A stretch of DNA of 64,000 nucleotides from Squalus acanthias (taxonomy: Eukaryota). The position numbers and the translations under genes are program-made. Under the pieces are notes generated by a model. That model saw only the letters and a list, made by a program, of their open reading frames with translations, searched no databases and was not told the origin of the DNA. Positions 1 through 11,559 of this stretch are shown here, piece after piece. The stretch lies in the NCBI GenBank assembly GCA_030390025.1, contig CM059431.1:107014001-107078000 (forward strand), in the 5' to 3' direction. Every line of letters begins with the position of its first letter. Position 1 is the first letter of the stretch.

Positions 1-417
1 GACCCAGAGGTGGGACATTTAGAAAGAAGGAAGATGAAGGGAGAACAGAGTAACAAAGAAAGCTGGCCAGTCTATGTTTGCGACTTACGACTTTTCAGGA
101 CCGATCACCCAGAAATAAAGGAGTATGTATGAAAGTCGGACATAGAGCTTAGATATTTTTAAAGGGTACTTTTATGTACGGTTGACTTGGGATATAAATT
201 GCCAGGAGTTAGCGTATAAGTTGCTGGGGAGTACGTTTATGTACGGGTAAATTGGGTGTATATTGATTGCGATGTACACTTGAATTTTGAACTGTAGTGT
301 GAATAAAGACCAATTTTATTGATCACATACTTATCTGTCATTGTTACGCTTATTTGTAATTCTTGAGGTCTGAACAGTACTAAGAGAAAGACTTACACCC
401 TTTAAGAGGTTCAGACA
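1..417 (+). mobile_element. Possible 3' part of an LTR, cut by the window edge
   Basis: AATAAA at about 302 followed roughly 110 nt later by a ...GACA end. The 5' end and TSD are not visible. Confidence 0.35.
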
Positions 418-648
418 TTGCCACTATCAGTCTGCTTGCATGACCTGGCATGCTTCGGACCCAGTGCTGAATTCAGCGCTAGAGTCGAAGTTCGCGCTTA
501 TGATGTAAAGTTGGCGTTGCACACCGATTTATGCCACAATGCCAGTATTTTCTCTAACATGGCACTGCCAGTGTTTATGCTCCACGCAATTCTCTTCCCA
601 TCCTATTTCGTCTAACCCTATCAGTATAACCTTCTATTCCTTCGCCTA

Positions 649-783
649 AGATGTTAAACCGAGGCCCCATTTGCTCTCTCAGGTGGACATAAAAGATTCC
701 ATGGCAATATTTTGAAGAAGAGCATAAGAGTTATCCCTGGTGTCCTGCCCAATATATCTCTCAATCAACGTCACTAAAACAGA
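649..783 (+). mobile_element. Deu-domain SINE fragment
   Basis: GATGTTAAACCGAGGCCCC...AAAGATTCCATGGC...GGTGTCCTG matches the core of the full copy at 33886-34345. Confidence 0.75.
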
Positions 784-2143
784 GGCCGCAATTTTGCCAG
801 CGCTCTGCGGACCCAATTGATGGTGGGTCAGCTGTGAAATTTAAAATGAACCCACTGTCAAAACGCGCACACCTGCATTTCCCGATGTCGGGTCTGCCAG
901 CGCTGAGCAGACCCGACAGGCAGCGGCGGGGGACCCAATTTAAATCATTAGTGACTTGTTTACAGCCTCTTAACAGTGCTTTTTTCCCAGCTTTTTAACT
1001 TTCACAGGTCTCCCAGGGGTTTCCCGCTGTGCCTAGACCTCATCGGTGAAGCTGAGGCGGGAGGTCACTTGCCATTGAATCAGCTGATGAGTTGACAGCT
1101 TCAAATGTCAACTCAAAGCTCCCAGCTGATTCAGATAACTTCCCTTCAACATTAGCATCTCTAAACTGCATTTCCACCACAGATTCAGGATGCTGCAAGT
1201 CTTTACATAAGTCTCTATGCATTCTGACCTCATTACCTCTCCCACCATTGACAGATTGCTTCTGTCAACTCTACTTCACCTGCCTCTATTCCATCAGCAT
1301 GGGCGCATTTTATACTATCTCACTTTGGTCCTCAGAATCTGACCACGATCAGCCCCAACACCAGCAGCACCAGGCACACCAGTAGCACCAACAACAACAC
1401 CAGCCTTCTCCACAATCACCTGATGCTGCACAGGACACAGGGCATCAGCATTCGACTACATTACTGCCCGGGACACCAGGGTTCGCCTCACCATGGCCAG
1501 ATTTACTTCACTTGACGCTGTACACCCTGGCAGCCACATGATGCGCCAGGTTGCCACCACCCCATACCAACAACATAAAGCATCCCTACAATGCCCAAGC
1601 CATTCCTTTCACACTCATCACCATTGCAGGGGGTACCGCCGTTATGTCTCACCATTCATTGCAACTCACTAAGCCACTTCCAAAGGTTAACACAAATCTG
1701 TCCAAGAACGCAAAGTGTTGAAAATAAAGGTTTCAATGTTTGACAGCACATTAACAGAAACTTCACATGAACATTGGCTAAAATACACAAGTGCCTACCC
1801 TTGAGTGTTGTTAGTTGGTATGATTGGACTAGGATGAGGGTAAGTGTGAGGGGTGGCTATTGAGATGGGGAAGTGATAATGTAGATAGAGAGGGATGGGT
1901 GGAGGTGCAAGGTAAGTTGGTGTGAGTAAGAATGTGCAGGAGTAGGGTAGGGAAAGCAGAGTGATGGGGATGTGATGAGAGGCACAGCAGGATGAGGTTG
2001 AGTGTGGCTTTGCAGTAACGTTTCACGATCTACTCAGATCATTGAAACGTTTGTGCCACTGCACCCAGGTCCTCCTGATGACATCCCTGCTTGTGCCCTC
2101 GTCTGCAATGTGCAACCAGGCTGCGTTGGTCTCCTGGGGAGGT
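784..2143. mobile_element. Non-autonomous PIF/Harbinger derivative with Myb/SANT-like gene remnant, right end truncated
   Basis: Starts GGCCGCAATTTTGCCAGCG and is collinear with 11560-13339. The minus strand encodes AWLHIADEGTSRDVIRRTWVQWHKRFNDL, a Myb/SANT trihelix-type motif typical of the second Harbinger gene. Confidence 0.7.
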
Positions 2144-4080
2144 GCCATTATAATTGTAATGCTAAATGATCTTTGGACCTCCGTGTGCGTCAGGCAGAAT
2201 GTTAAAACAAATGGTTGGGAGAGGTGATAGAGAATTATTTGGATGTGCCAGTGCTGTAACAGGTCAAATGTCTGCACATTCAATCAGTACGTTTAATATA
2301 CTGATTTAAAATGTATTAGTGCAAGTTTCTGTTCCAATGAAGAGATCCTAAATTATTCCTGTGTAAAATCTATGCATGTTTGTGTCTGTGTACAGATTTT
2401 ACAAAGCAAGTCCTTAATGTTACACACTACGACTTGAGAAAAAGTACCTTATTGTCAGTGTGACACCAAATCTGTCCTCATCTATCAGACAGCTTTTCTA
2501 GAATACTCTGTACTAATATGTCCATTTTTGTCCAAGTTCTTCATATTAGCCTGTGCGGTGCATGAGACATAGTTAGCCTTCAGTTACACATTAGGACATC
2601 TTTTAATCAACAACAGGTCCCATCAAACCGATTACAGAACCCATTGTAATATCGGACATGTTGGGCTGGATCTCAACCTATGTCTACATGCGTGAGCCTC
2701 TTCATGGAATTGGTGGTTGAATCTAACACATAAATAAAATTTTACTCATAAGGGTTATATTTTGTATTATTGATGCGTCTAGATAGCCTGTAACACAAGT
2801 TTTACAATGACATTCTGAATGACTTTGAGTCAACCCTTGACATATTGGCAGCTGTAGAGCAGGCTGACGATATTGGCTTGTAATTCTGCTACCAGCCATC
2901 AGGCTGCATAAAAGGTTACAGGAGTACGGAATCAGATTATTCGAAAATGGGAGACAGTCGACCTTTCACCTTGGAATTTTACCATTGCATGCTTATGATA
3001 TAGCCACAACTACTGTGATTTAAAAGGGATGGGGTCCTGGGTGAGTCTACATCAACAACAGTAACTGTCAAACATGGATTATACTTACAGGTTGTTAAAT
3101 TATAATATAAAATCCCCAGATGTATGTATTGTAATCTTACTAACAATGAATACTGTAGTAAAATGGTATAAAATGCGATTTTTTTTCACAAGGTTACAAT
3201 TTCCTGGGATGAATTATGTTGCTGAATATTATCAGCATAGACATAAAGGTAGTATTTAAGAAGCAGTCCCCCAAAAATGCTACCTTTTCCAGCATGCTTC
3301 TATTGATTACTCAACAGCTTTTCAGGCTTTGATCTCCATCATTCATAAGCTTTATGTTTTAATCATTCAATTTGAAGTGTTTTGAGATAGCAGCTTTGCC
3401 TGAAAATCTTGTTAATACGGTGAAACCTGGTGTGCAAAACCTGTTATGAATATCAGATTTGAATAAATCAACTTGCTAGAGCTAAGAGTTCATCAAAAGA
3501 AATGAATGTTGACTGTACAGAATTTGGTGCAAAAAGCATGACTTCTATTTTTTTTTTAAATAGCCCAGCGATTGGACATGAAATGATTTGTTGCACATGT
3601 TGGGTTTGCGGAGATTTGTTTTGAGGTGTACTGTATTTTTAACATTTTCATAATTTTGTTAATAACACTTTCGTATATTTTTTCCCTAAAACAAGAACTA
3701 TTTTGGCACATAGCCTGTTTTATCTTCTGTTTTGAAATGCATTTCTTCCATTAATCTTTTAGTGTTTTTGCGTGATATTTTTTGTGAAGCTCTCAGCGTG
3801 GAGCCTGATTAGACACAAGTGTGGGTTGCAGAGCTGGCCTCTATAGTGTTGCAGTCCTCTCTCCAATCCACTCAACCAGCTAGCAAAGCAGCATGCTGTG
3901 AGTGGAGCCTCAGAATGACCCCTCTTCTTTAACTATGGATGTTTTACTGGGATTGAAAGATCACAATTTACTGAAGTGAAGAGCAAAAGAAGTAAAAGTG
4001 GGATTGATGAGTGGTCTAGGATGTGTAGGTCAGAGGTCTGATAGGCTGCCTGATCCTTTCCCATTATTTCAGTTCTTAGA

Positions 4081-5839
4081 AAAAAAGAAAGTCTTACAAT
4101 TCTATAGCGCCTTTCATGACCTCAGGACGTCCCAAAGTCCTTTATAGCCACTTTTGAGGTGTAGTCACTGTTGTAATGTAGGAAATGCGGCAGCCAATTT
4201 GTACACAGCAAGCTCCCACAAACAGCAATGTGATAATGACCAGATAATTTGTTTTAGTGGTGTTGATTGAGGGATAAATATAGGCCGGACACCGGGGATA
4301 AAACTTCTACTCTTCTTCGAACTAGTGCCATGGGATCTTTTACATCCACCTGAGAGGGCAGACGGGACCTCAGTTTAACGTCTCATCTGTAAGACGGCAT
4401 CTCCCAATAGCGAAGCACTCCCTCAGTACTGCATTGGTGATTCAGTCTAGATTTTTGTGCTCTAGTCTTCAGGAGGGTATAAGGTTTCCAAAATTTGCAG
4501 ATCCCCAAAACCTAAGGAAAAAGGACTTTGGAACTACCTCAGAGTGATAAAAATGCATTTGGGCCTAAACCTAAGAGACTGTAAGACCAAAACCCAAGTT
4601 TTGGCATTTTAAAAGCATGTCTGGGCCTGTGAAGGGAGAAAAGGCTGTGAAGGAAGTTGGGGTCGACCTCTGCAAAAGCAGTTTTGGGTATTGCAGTTAA
4701 ATTGCATTGTCTGGGGAATCGGGATGACCTCACTCTAGCCCCAGCAAGCATTAACATTTTGACAATAGACCCTAGGAGGAGACAACCCCACCCAAAACAA
4801 CAGGTCCCATCAAACCGATTACAGAACCCATTAAAGACATGCATAAAGCAAATATTCGATCGAAGTCCCAGGCCCAGTCAAGAAAACCAAAACATGAGGA
4901 CAATTCAAACTCCGATTAAACAACAGATCGACAGGATGGAGCTATTTTGAAACCACTTCACATTTACAAAACCAGTTAACACGCTAGTAAAGTCGTTACT
5001 GTTAACGAGGTCTTACAATGACCGGGATTTGATTTGGTTTTGATAAGGCCACTTCAATTTAGTATAATTGAAGGCCCAACAAGAAAAGAAGTGACAACAG
5101 TTCAAGTTCAACAGAAGGCAGTTCTGCAGTTTTGGAGTTCAATTTGAAAGCCTGTTTTTCAGCAGAAGTCAGTGCTGGAATTACAGGGTTCAGGAGAAGC
5201 AAGTTGGGCAGTTAAAGAAGACAGTTCAGTAAGAAGGGAGTTCTCCAGTTCTCCAGTAAAACAGTTCAAGTTCAATAAGCAGGCAGAATGCAGTTTCCAC
5301 AGTTCTGCAAAAAAGGCAGTTCCACAGCTCGGAAGAAGACAGTTTAAACAGAAAGCAGTTCAACAAAGAAAGCCAACAGCTCCAGAAGTTGGCCGACATG
5401 CAAGAAGAGACCAGAGCGACCGCCTCAGTGACCATCAGACACCTCGCGGCAACAAGGGCCTTACGAAACCTTTTACTCAAAAGACTCTAAACCCTAACTC
5501 TCGTTTGGTGAGCATTATCCCTGGTTCTCCAGAGTCCAACCTAGCTTGTGAAGTGGGATTGGGAGGGGTAAAGTATTCTTCTAATGTTATTTCCCTCGCG
5601 TGTACCGAAGTGTTCCCCACCTTTAGAGTGTTAAGAGTGTTTGTGTTGTGTTTTACTTTCTTGAATAAAAGTCAAAATTCTTTCATCGAAACCTGTTGTC
5701 TACTGCATCTTTGTTCACAACCCCCAAATAAGTCCAAGGTCTAGAACCAGGGGCGTGGGAGCGATTCGAACCTGCTCACTGAGTCAGAGGTGAAGCTGAC
5801 CCTACCACACCACCCCCTACAAGGGGGACGTGAATCTAC

Positions 5840-5870
<31 letters not shown>

Positions 5871-5890
5871 AACTGAGCCACGGCTGACGC
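4081..5890 (-). mobile_element. Deu-type tRNA-derived SINE interrupted by a solo LTR at 4478-5821
   Basis: Reverse complement of the SINE at 33886-34345. Body at 4081-4477, head at about 5826-5890. Confidence 0.85.
4478..5821 (+). mobile_element. Solo LTR (family A), 4-bp TSD AGGG
   Basis: Ends TATAAGG (TGTAAGG in the sister copy) ... CCCTACA. AGGG at 4474-4477 and 5822-5825. TATAAT near 5063 and AATAAA at 5664. It splits a SINE and is homologous to 51663-55260. Confidence 0.85.
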
Positions 5891-5974
5891 TTAATGGGAT
5901 CTGCTTTTTCACATTGGATGTTGGAATATACAAAGTGCTCAGTGGTCACTTGCTTCCATAAAATTAATACTCAA

Positions 5975-6394
5975 AACATAAGAACCTAAGAATATAAGAA
6001 TTAAGAGCTGGAGCAGGCCATTTGGCCCCTCGAGCCTGCTCCGTCATTTAATAAGATCATAGCTGATCCGATTTTGGCCTCAACTCTACTTTCCTTCCTG
6101 TTCCCCATAACCCTTGACTCCCCTGTTGCTCAAAAATCTGTCTATCTCAGCCTTGAATATATTCAATGACTCAGCTTCCACAGCTCTCTGGGGTAAAGAA
6201 TTCCAAAGTTTCACGACCCTCTGAGAGAAGAAATTTCTCCTCATCTCCATCTTAAATGGGCGACCCCTTATTCTGAGACTATGCCCCCTCGTTCTAGATT
6301 CCCCCACGAGGGGAAACATCCTCTCAGCATCTACCCTGTCAAGCCCCCTCAGAATCTTATATGTTTCAATATGATCACCTCTCATCCTTCTAAA
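5975..6394 (-). mobile_element. CR1 LINE 3' end, 5'-truncated
   Basis: ORF 6086-6412 contains RRMRGDHIETYKIL...RTRGHSL...FFSQRVV, followed by the CR1 3' UTR and a short-repeat tail. Confidence 0.9.
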
Positions 6395-6447
6395 GAGAGA
6401 GAGAAGTCGCACAACACCAGGTTATAGTCCAACAGATTTATTTAATT

Positions 6448-6485
6448 TTACAAGCTTTCGGAGCTGTCGCTCCTTCGTCAGGTAA
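6448..6485 (-). ncRNA. Minimal type I hammerhead ribozyme-like motif (left arm)
   Basis: Reverse complement of 7591-7628. Confidence 0.7.
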
Positions 6486-7039
6486 GTTACCAATGAGAGA
6501 ATCTCCCAGAATTCACAATTTAAACCCAGACAAAATCTATTCACATTATTCGCTACAACAAAGAGCACAGCCAAGACAATGAGATGTGTCCCAGGGGGTC
6601 CAACGTGTCAAACCACCTGCTGGCTGCATATCCTGTCAATTTGTGTTCTTGTGTTAGCCTTTTTAAAAAAAAACACCAAAAAAAACCAAAAAAAAAAACA
6701 AAAAAAACACCTGGGAAGACCGGCCATGATGTCAAGTCACGTTCTGTATCGTGACATGAACCCGATATCGCGATTGAGGCCATCCTCATGAGTGCGGAAC
6801 TTGGCTATCAGTTTCTGCTCTATGATTTTGCGCTGTCGTGTATCTCGAAGGCCGCCTTGGAGAACGCTTACCCGCAGATCCGAGGCTGAATGCCCCTGGC
6901 TGCTGAAGTGTTCCCCGACTGGGAGGCAACCCTCCTGCCTGGCGATTGTTGCGCGGTGTCCGTTCATACGTTGTCTCAGTGTCTGCATGGTCTCGCCGAT
7001 GTACCATGCTCTGGAGCATCCTTTACTGCAACGTATCAG

Positions 7040-7351
7040 GTTGTCTACCTGATACGTTGCAGTAAAGGATGCTCCAGAGCATGGTACATCGGCGAGACCA
7101 TGCAGACACTGAGACAACGTATGAACGGACACCGCGCAACAATCGCCAGGCAGGAGGGTTGCCTCCCAGTCGGGGAACACTTCAGCAGCCAGGGGCATTC
7201 AGCCTCGGATCTGCGGGTAAGCGTTCTCCAAGGCGGCCTTCGAGATACACGACAGCGCAAAATCATAGAGCAGAAACTGATAGCCAAGTTCCGCACTCAT
7301 GAGGATGGCCTCAATCGCGATATCGGGTTCATGTCACGATACAGAACGTGA
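7040..7351 (+). pseudogene. Penelope-like GIY-YIG endonuclease domain, 5'-truncated and mirrored on the minus strand at 6737-7041
   Basis: VVYLIRC...AWYIGET.QTLRQRMNGHR...VGEHF...EQKLI..F...GLN matches the PLE GIY-YIG motif set. Confidence 0.9.
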
Positions 7352-7590
7352 CTTGACATCATGGCCGGTCTTCCCAGGTGTTTTTTTTGGTTTTTTTTGG
7401 TGTTTTTTTTTAAAAAGGCTAACACAAGAACACAAATTGACAGGATATGCAGCCAGCAGGTGGTTTGACACGTTGGACCCCCTGGGACACATCTCATTGT
7501 CTTGGCTGTGCTCTTTGTTGTAGCGAATAATGTGAATAGATTTTGTCTGGGTTTAAATTGTGAATTCTGGGAGATTCTCTCATTGCTAAC

Positions 7591-7628
7591 TTACCTGACG
7601 AAGGAGCGACAGCTCCGAAAGCTTGTAA
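7591..7628 (+). ncRNA. Minimal type I hammerhead ribozyme-like motif
   Basis: TTAC-CTGACGA-A-GGAGC-GACA-GCTCC-GAA-AGCT-T-GTAA gives stem I TTAC/GTAA, a CUGANGA core, stem II, GAAA and a palindromic AGCT stem III. Hammerheads are known from PLE pseudo-LTRs. Confidence 0.72.
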
Positions 7629-8099
7629 AATTAAATAAATCTGTTGGACTATAACCTGGTGTTGTGCGACTTCTCATTTTTGTCCACCCCAGTCCAGCGC
7701 CGGCATCTCCACATCATGGCCTTCTAAAGAGAACAGTGGGTGATATGGAGAGGAGCAGTCGTGAGTGGTTCTAACTAACGCATACGCCTAGAAATTGCAA
7801 TTGGCATAAAGCTTGATGCTTTACTGGCAGTGCTGTGTACTGTTTATTTACATTCCACTTCCTCACACAAACCGAATGGCTGAATGAAGAAATTTCACTG
7901 TGAAAGTGAATGTGCTCAATTTATCTTGGGTCAATTAAGCCAGCAGATTGGGTACTCAAGAGAGAAGCACCCATAATTATAGTTATAATGCAATGCTGGT
8001 GCAATGTGTTTATTGGGCACAAATGGAATAGACGTTACTGCAGAGGCTGCAATGGGAAAATTGGAGTCTTTATTTGAATGCGAGCAGCATCAATTTTTC

Positions 8100-8320
8100 T
8101 TTCCTCGTGTCCTGGCTAACATTTATCCTCAACTGACGGAAGTAAAACGAGTTATCTGGTCATTTATCGCATTGCTATTTGTGGGATCTTTCTGTGCATA
8201 AGTTAGCCATTGTGCTTCCCAACATTACAACAGTGACTGAACTCCCAAAGTACATCTTTAGCTGTGAAGCGCTTTGGGAGGTCTTCAGGTTGAGAAAGGC
8301 GCTATATAAATGCAGCTTCT
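8100..8320 (+). mobile_element. Deu-type SINE 3' fragment
   Basis: GTGTCCTGGCTAACATTTATCC...ACATTACAACAGTGACT...AGGCGCTATATAAATGCA. Confidence 0.75.
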
Positions 8321-8521
8321 TTTGACAGCTAAAAGTGAGGAAAAGAAGATCACAGAAGAACCAAAAAGAAAGAAAAGTGTCAGCAAATTGCCAAAGACCT
8401 GCTCCAGAGGCCGTAATCAATGCACGATAAAGAATTAGGAACTGCTTTGATATAACAGTTAAACTGCTATCAGATAAAAGAGTTCATTGCTTTTGTTAAT
8501 AGTAATGTCATCCAAAATATA

Positions 8522-9262
8522 GGCCTGGAACCTGCGGTCGTAATGACGGCGAAAGTGTCAGCGTTTGTCGTCATTACAGCTGACATCACCTTCTGGAGTC
8601 TGCAGAGCGCATTTAAATGCGGAAATCCTGAAGCTGCTGTCAGTGATACCCTGTTCCTCCACAGGGGGCACTGTTGCAGTCTTCGCAGATGGAAATCAAT
8701 TAGAAATCACTGCACGGACGTGAACTTTTACGCACTATTCTCACTGTAAAAACCTTTGAAAAAGTTAAGCCTTGTTGAATGAGGTGTAACTGAATTTTTA
8801 ACGGTGTACTAAGTCATAATTACTGTTGAACAACTTCTCTGGCCCTGAAAAATTGATTTTCATTTTCTCTGTTCCAAGTTAAAAATTCCATAGATTTTTA
8901 AAATAATTTTAAATTTTTTTTTAAAGTTTGTTTATGATATTTTAGCTTATACCTTAATCCAATGTGTATGTACCAGTCTTTATTTTGCTCACAGTAAAAT
9001 CATAAAAAGTGAATGATAAAACCTGCTTATTACTTCCTGGTTTGCTGTCTGTGAGAATTCTTCAATGTGATTGGCTGCTTAGCCTGTTTGATGATATCAC
9101 TGTTGCTGGATGCCAGAGATCCCCTATAGATGATGCCAGAATGAAATTAACATCGGAAAAGGTGAAATCAATGTCACAGAGCCCCATAAACGTTTGTGGG
9201 CAGCTTTCTTTGAGGTCAACAGTGAGCAGCGTCAATTCAATGCTGATCACAAAATCCAGGCC
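8522..9262. mobile_element. Harbinger-type MITE, TSD ATA
   Basis: Termini GGCCTGGA.../...TCCAGGCC with ATA on both sides and an AT-rich core. Confidence 0.75.
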
Positions 9263-9325
9263 ATAAACTTGAAGAAGAGGAGCACAAGTACAACCTGTTA
9301 CCTCACTCTATAAACTGACAAGGAC

Positions 9326-9626
9326 TTTTTTTAAATTCATTGCTGGGATGTGGGCATCATTGGCAAGGCCAGCATTTATTGCCCATCCCTAATTGCCCTT
9401 GAGAAGGTGGTGGCGAGCCGCCTTCTTGAACCGCTACAATCTATGTGGCGAAGGTACTCCCACAGTGCTGTTAGGGAGGGAGTTCCAGGATTTTGACCCA
9501 GCGACGAAGAAGTAACCACAGTATGCTTCCAAGTCAGGATGGTGTGTAACTTGAAGGGGAACTTGCAGGTGACGCCTGCTGCCCTTGTCCTTCTAGGTGG
9601 TAGAGGTCGCGGGTTTGGGAGGTGCT
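9326..9626 (-). mobile_element. 3' end of LINE family 2
   Basis: Reverse complement of the 3' end of the element at 23520-26372. Confidence 0.85.
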
Positions 9627-9779
9627 TGCTGTACCTGCATGTTAACTTTCAGTGATTCGTGTACCCAGGTCCCTCTGAACACCAACATTTCCCAATCTCT
9701 CACCATTTAATAAATACTCTGCTTTTCTATTTTTCCTACCAAAGTGGATAACTTCATATTTCTCCACATTATATTCCAT

Positions 9780-10668
9780 GGGGGAAAAATTCAGTTGGTT
9801 GCGCCTCCCGTTAGCGCCTTAAGAGGGCACTAATGGGGCGCAAAGCAACTAGTGCCTGGGCGCAGCGATGTTTGCGCCGCTCGCGAACTTAACTAGACAT
9901 TTTGCGGCGGCGCTAAACACTACCGCCACGATATCCTGCGCCGGCAGATCGTGATGTCAATCGAGTGCGCAACGCCCCGGTATCGCCCCGAAGCGGATAT
10001 TGAGTGGCGCCCCCTGCTTTACCGCCTGACGCTAGCAACGACAGGTTGAGGGGAGCGTTCTGCAGTCATGAAGGGAAAGGGGGAGCGCTATTTAAAGGTG
10101 ACCGCTTCCTGCCTTTTATTGTTGGTGCCATTTTTGAACTATGCATTCTGAGAGAGAGAGAGACTTCTGGAGAGATTCAACGTTGTGTGAAGGAGTTTTG
10201 GGTACTGAGCAGCACTTTGCAGGTTCATTTTGATTTGCCATTCCTTGTATCGATTTAGAAAAGACTGTGGGGGCTGCACTCTGAGCTCTTTGCCTGGTAC
10301 TCTCCATTGTTCTTTCCAGCAGATTTGATGTACAGGTCTCTCCAGGCTGAGATTCAAGGCTGCAATGAGCAGGATGTGGATGGAAAGCAAGATTAACCCT
10401 CCCCTTTAAGAACTGGCCCGTGCCATTGTGTGTGTGCTCCATTGCTGACTGACATTACATGAGCTTCGCCAGCGCTCTGAGGTAGCGCCTCGCTCCTCGG
10501 CCTTTGCGCCTTAAGACAGGTGTGAAGTGCCTGATTTAGCGCTCCAATCACCTCCAGGGGCGATAAAAGTCAAGTTTGCAGTCGGTGGCGATAATTAGCG
10601 CCAGGCGCTAATCTTTGCGCCCGGCCGATAATTGCGCCCCAAATGGGGCGATACTGAATTTCTCCCAC
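9780..10668. mobile_element. Harbinger-type MITE, TSD CAT
   Basis: TIRs GGGGGAAAAATTCAGT / ACTGAATTTCTCCCAC, with CAT at 9777-9779 and 10669-10671. Many subterminal GCGCC/GGCGC motifs. Ends are related to 46486-47243. Confidence 0.85.
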
Positions 10669-11559
10669 CATTTGTCATGTTCTTGCCCACTCAATTAGCT
10701 TGTCTATATCCCCTTGAAGCCTCTTTGCATCCTCCTCACAACTTAGATTCCCACTTTGCTTTGTATCATCAGCAAACTTGGATATATTACATTTGGTTCC
10801 CTCATCCAAATCATTGATGTAGATTGTGAATAGCTGAGGCCCAAGCACTGATCCTTACGGCACTCCACCATTTATAGCTTGCCAACCCGAAAATGGCCCG
10901 TTTATTCCTACTCTCTGTTTTCTGTCCGTTAACCAATCCTCAATCTATGCTAGTATATTATCCCCCAATCCCATGAGCCCTAATTTTGTTTAATAACCTC
11001 TAGTGTGGCACCTTATCGAATGCCTTCTGAAAATCCAAATACACCACATCCACTGGTTCCCCCTTATCTATTCTACAAGTTGCACCTCAAAAAACTCAAC
11101 AGATTTGTCAAACATGATTTCCCTTTCATAAATCTGTGTTGACTCTGCCCAATCCTATTATTATTTTCTAAGTGCCCTGTTACTACGTCCTTAATAATAG
11201 ATTCAAGCATTTTCCTACTACTGATGTCAGGCTAACTGGTCTGAAGTTTTCTGTTTTCACTCTCCCTCCTTTCTTAAATAGTAGGGTTACATTTGCTATC
11301 TTCCAATCTGTGGGAACCGTTCTAGAATCTATGGAATTTTTGAAGAGGACAACCAATGCATTCACTCTCTCTATAGCTACCACTTTTAAAACCCTAGGAT
11401 GTAGGGCATCATGTCCAGGGAATTTATCGGCTTTTAGTCCCATTAATTTCTCTAGCACACTTTTGAACTAATACTAATTTCTTTCAGTTCCTCATTCTTG
11501 CTAGACCCTTGGTTCTCCACTATTTCCGGGAAGTTTTTTGCATCTTCTTCCATGAAGAA

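Larger units (their letters stand above)
6399..7720. mobile_element. Penelope-like element (GIY-YIG 3' end plus pseudo-LTR) forming a near-perfect palindrome
   Basis: Arms at 6401-7041 and 7047-7675 with a 5-nt spacer, plus a 3' extension at 7676-7720. Flanking direct repeat CCTTCTAAAGAGA at 6386-6398 and 7720-7732. Confidence 0.92.

Noticed and set aside
5172..5744. 190-aa ORF inside the solo LTR
   Set aside because: It derives from low-complexity CAGTT repeats, has no domain motifs and is not preserved in the second LTR copy.
6737..7351. Two 153-aa ORFs on opposite strands as a real gene pair
   Set aside because: The N-terminal third of each is antisense read-through of the other arm. They are a by-product of the palindrome.
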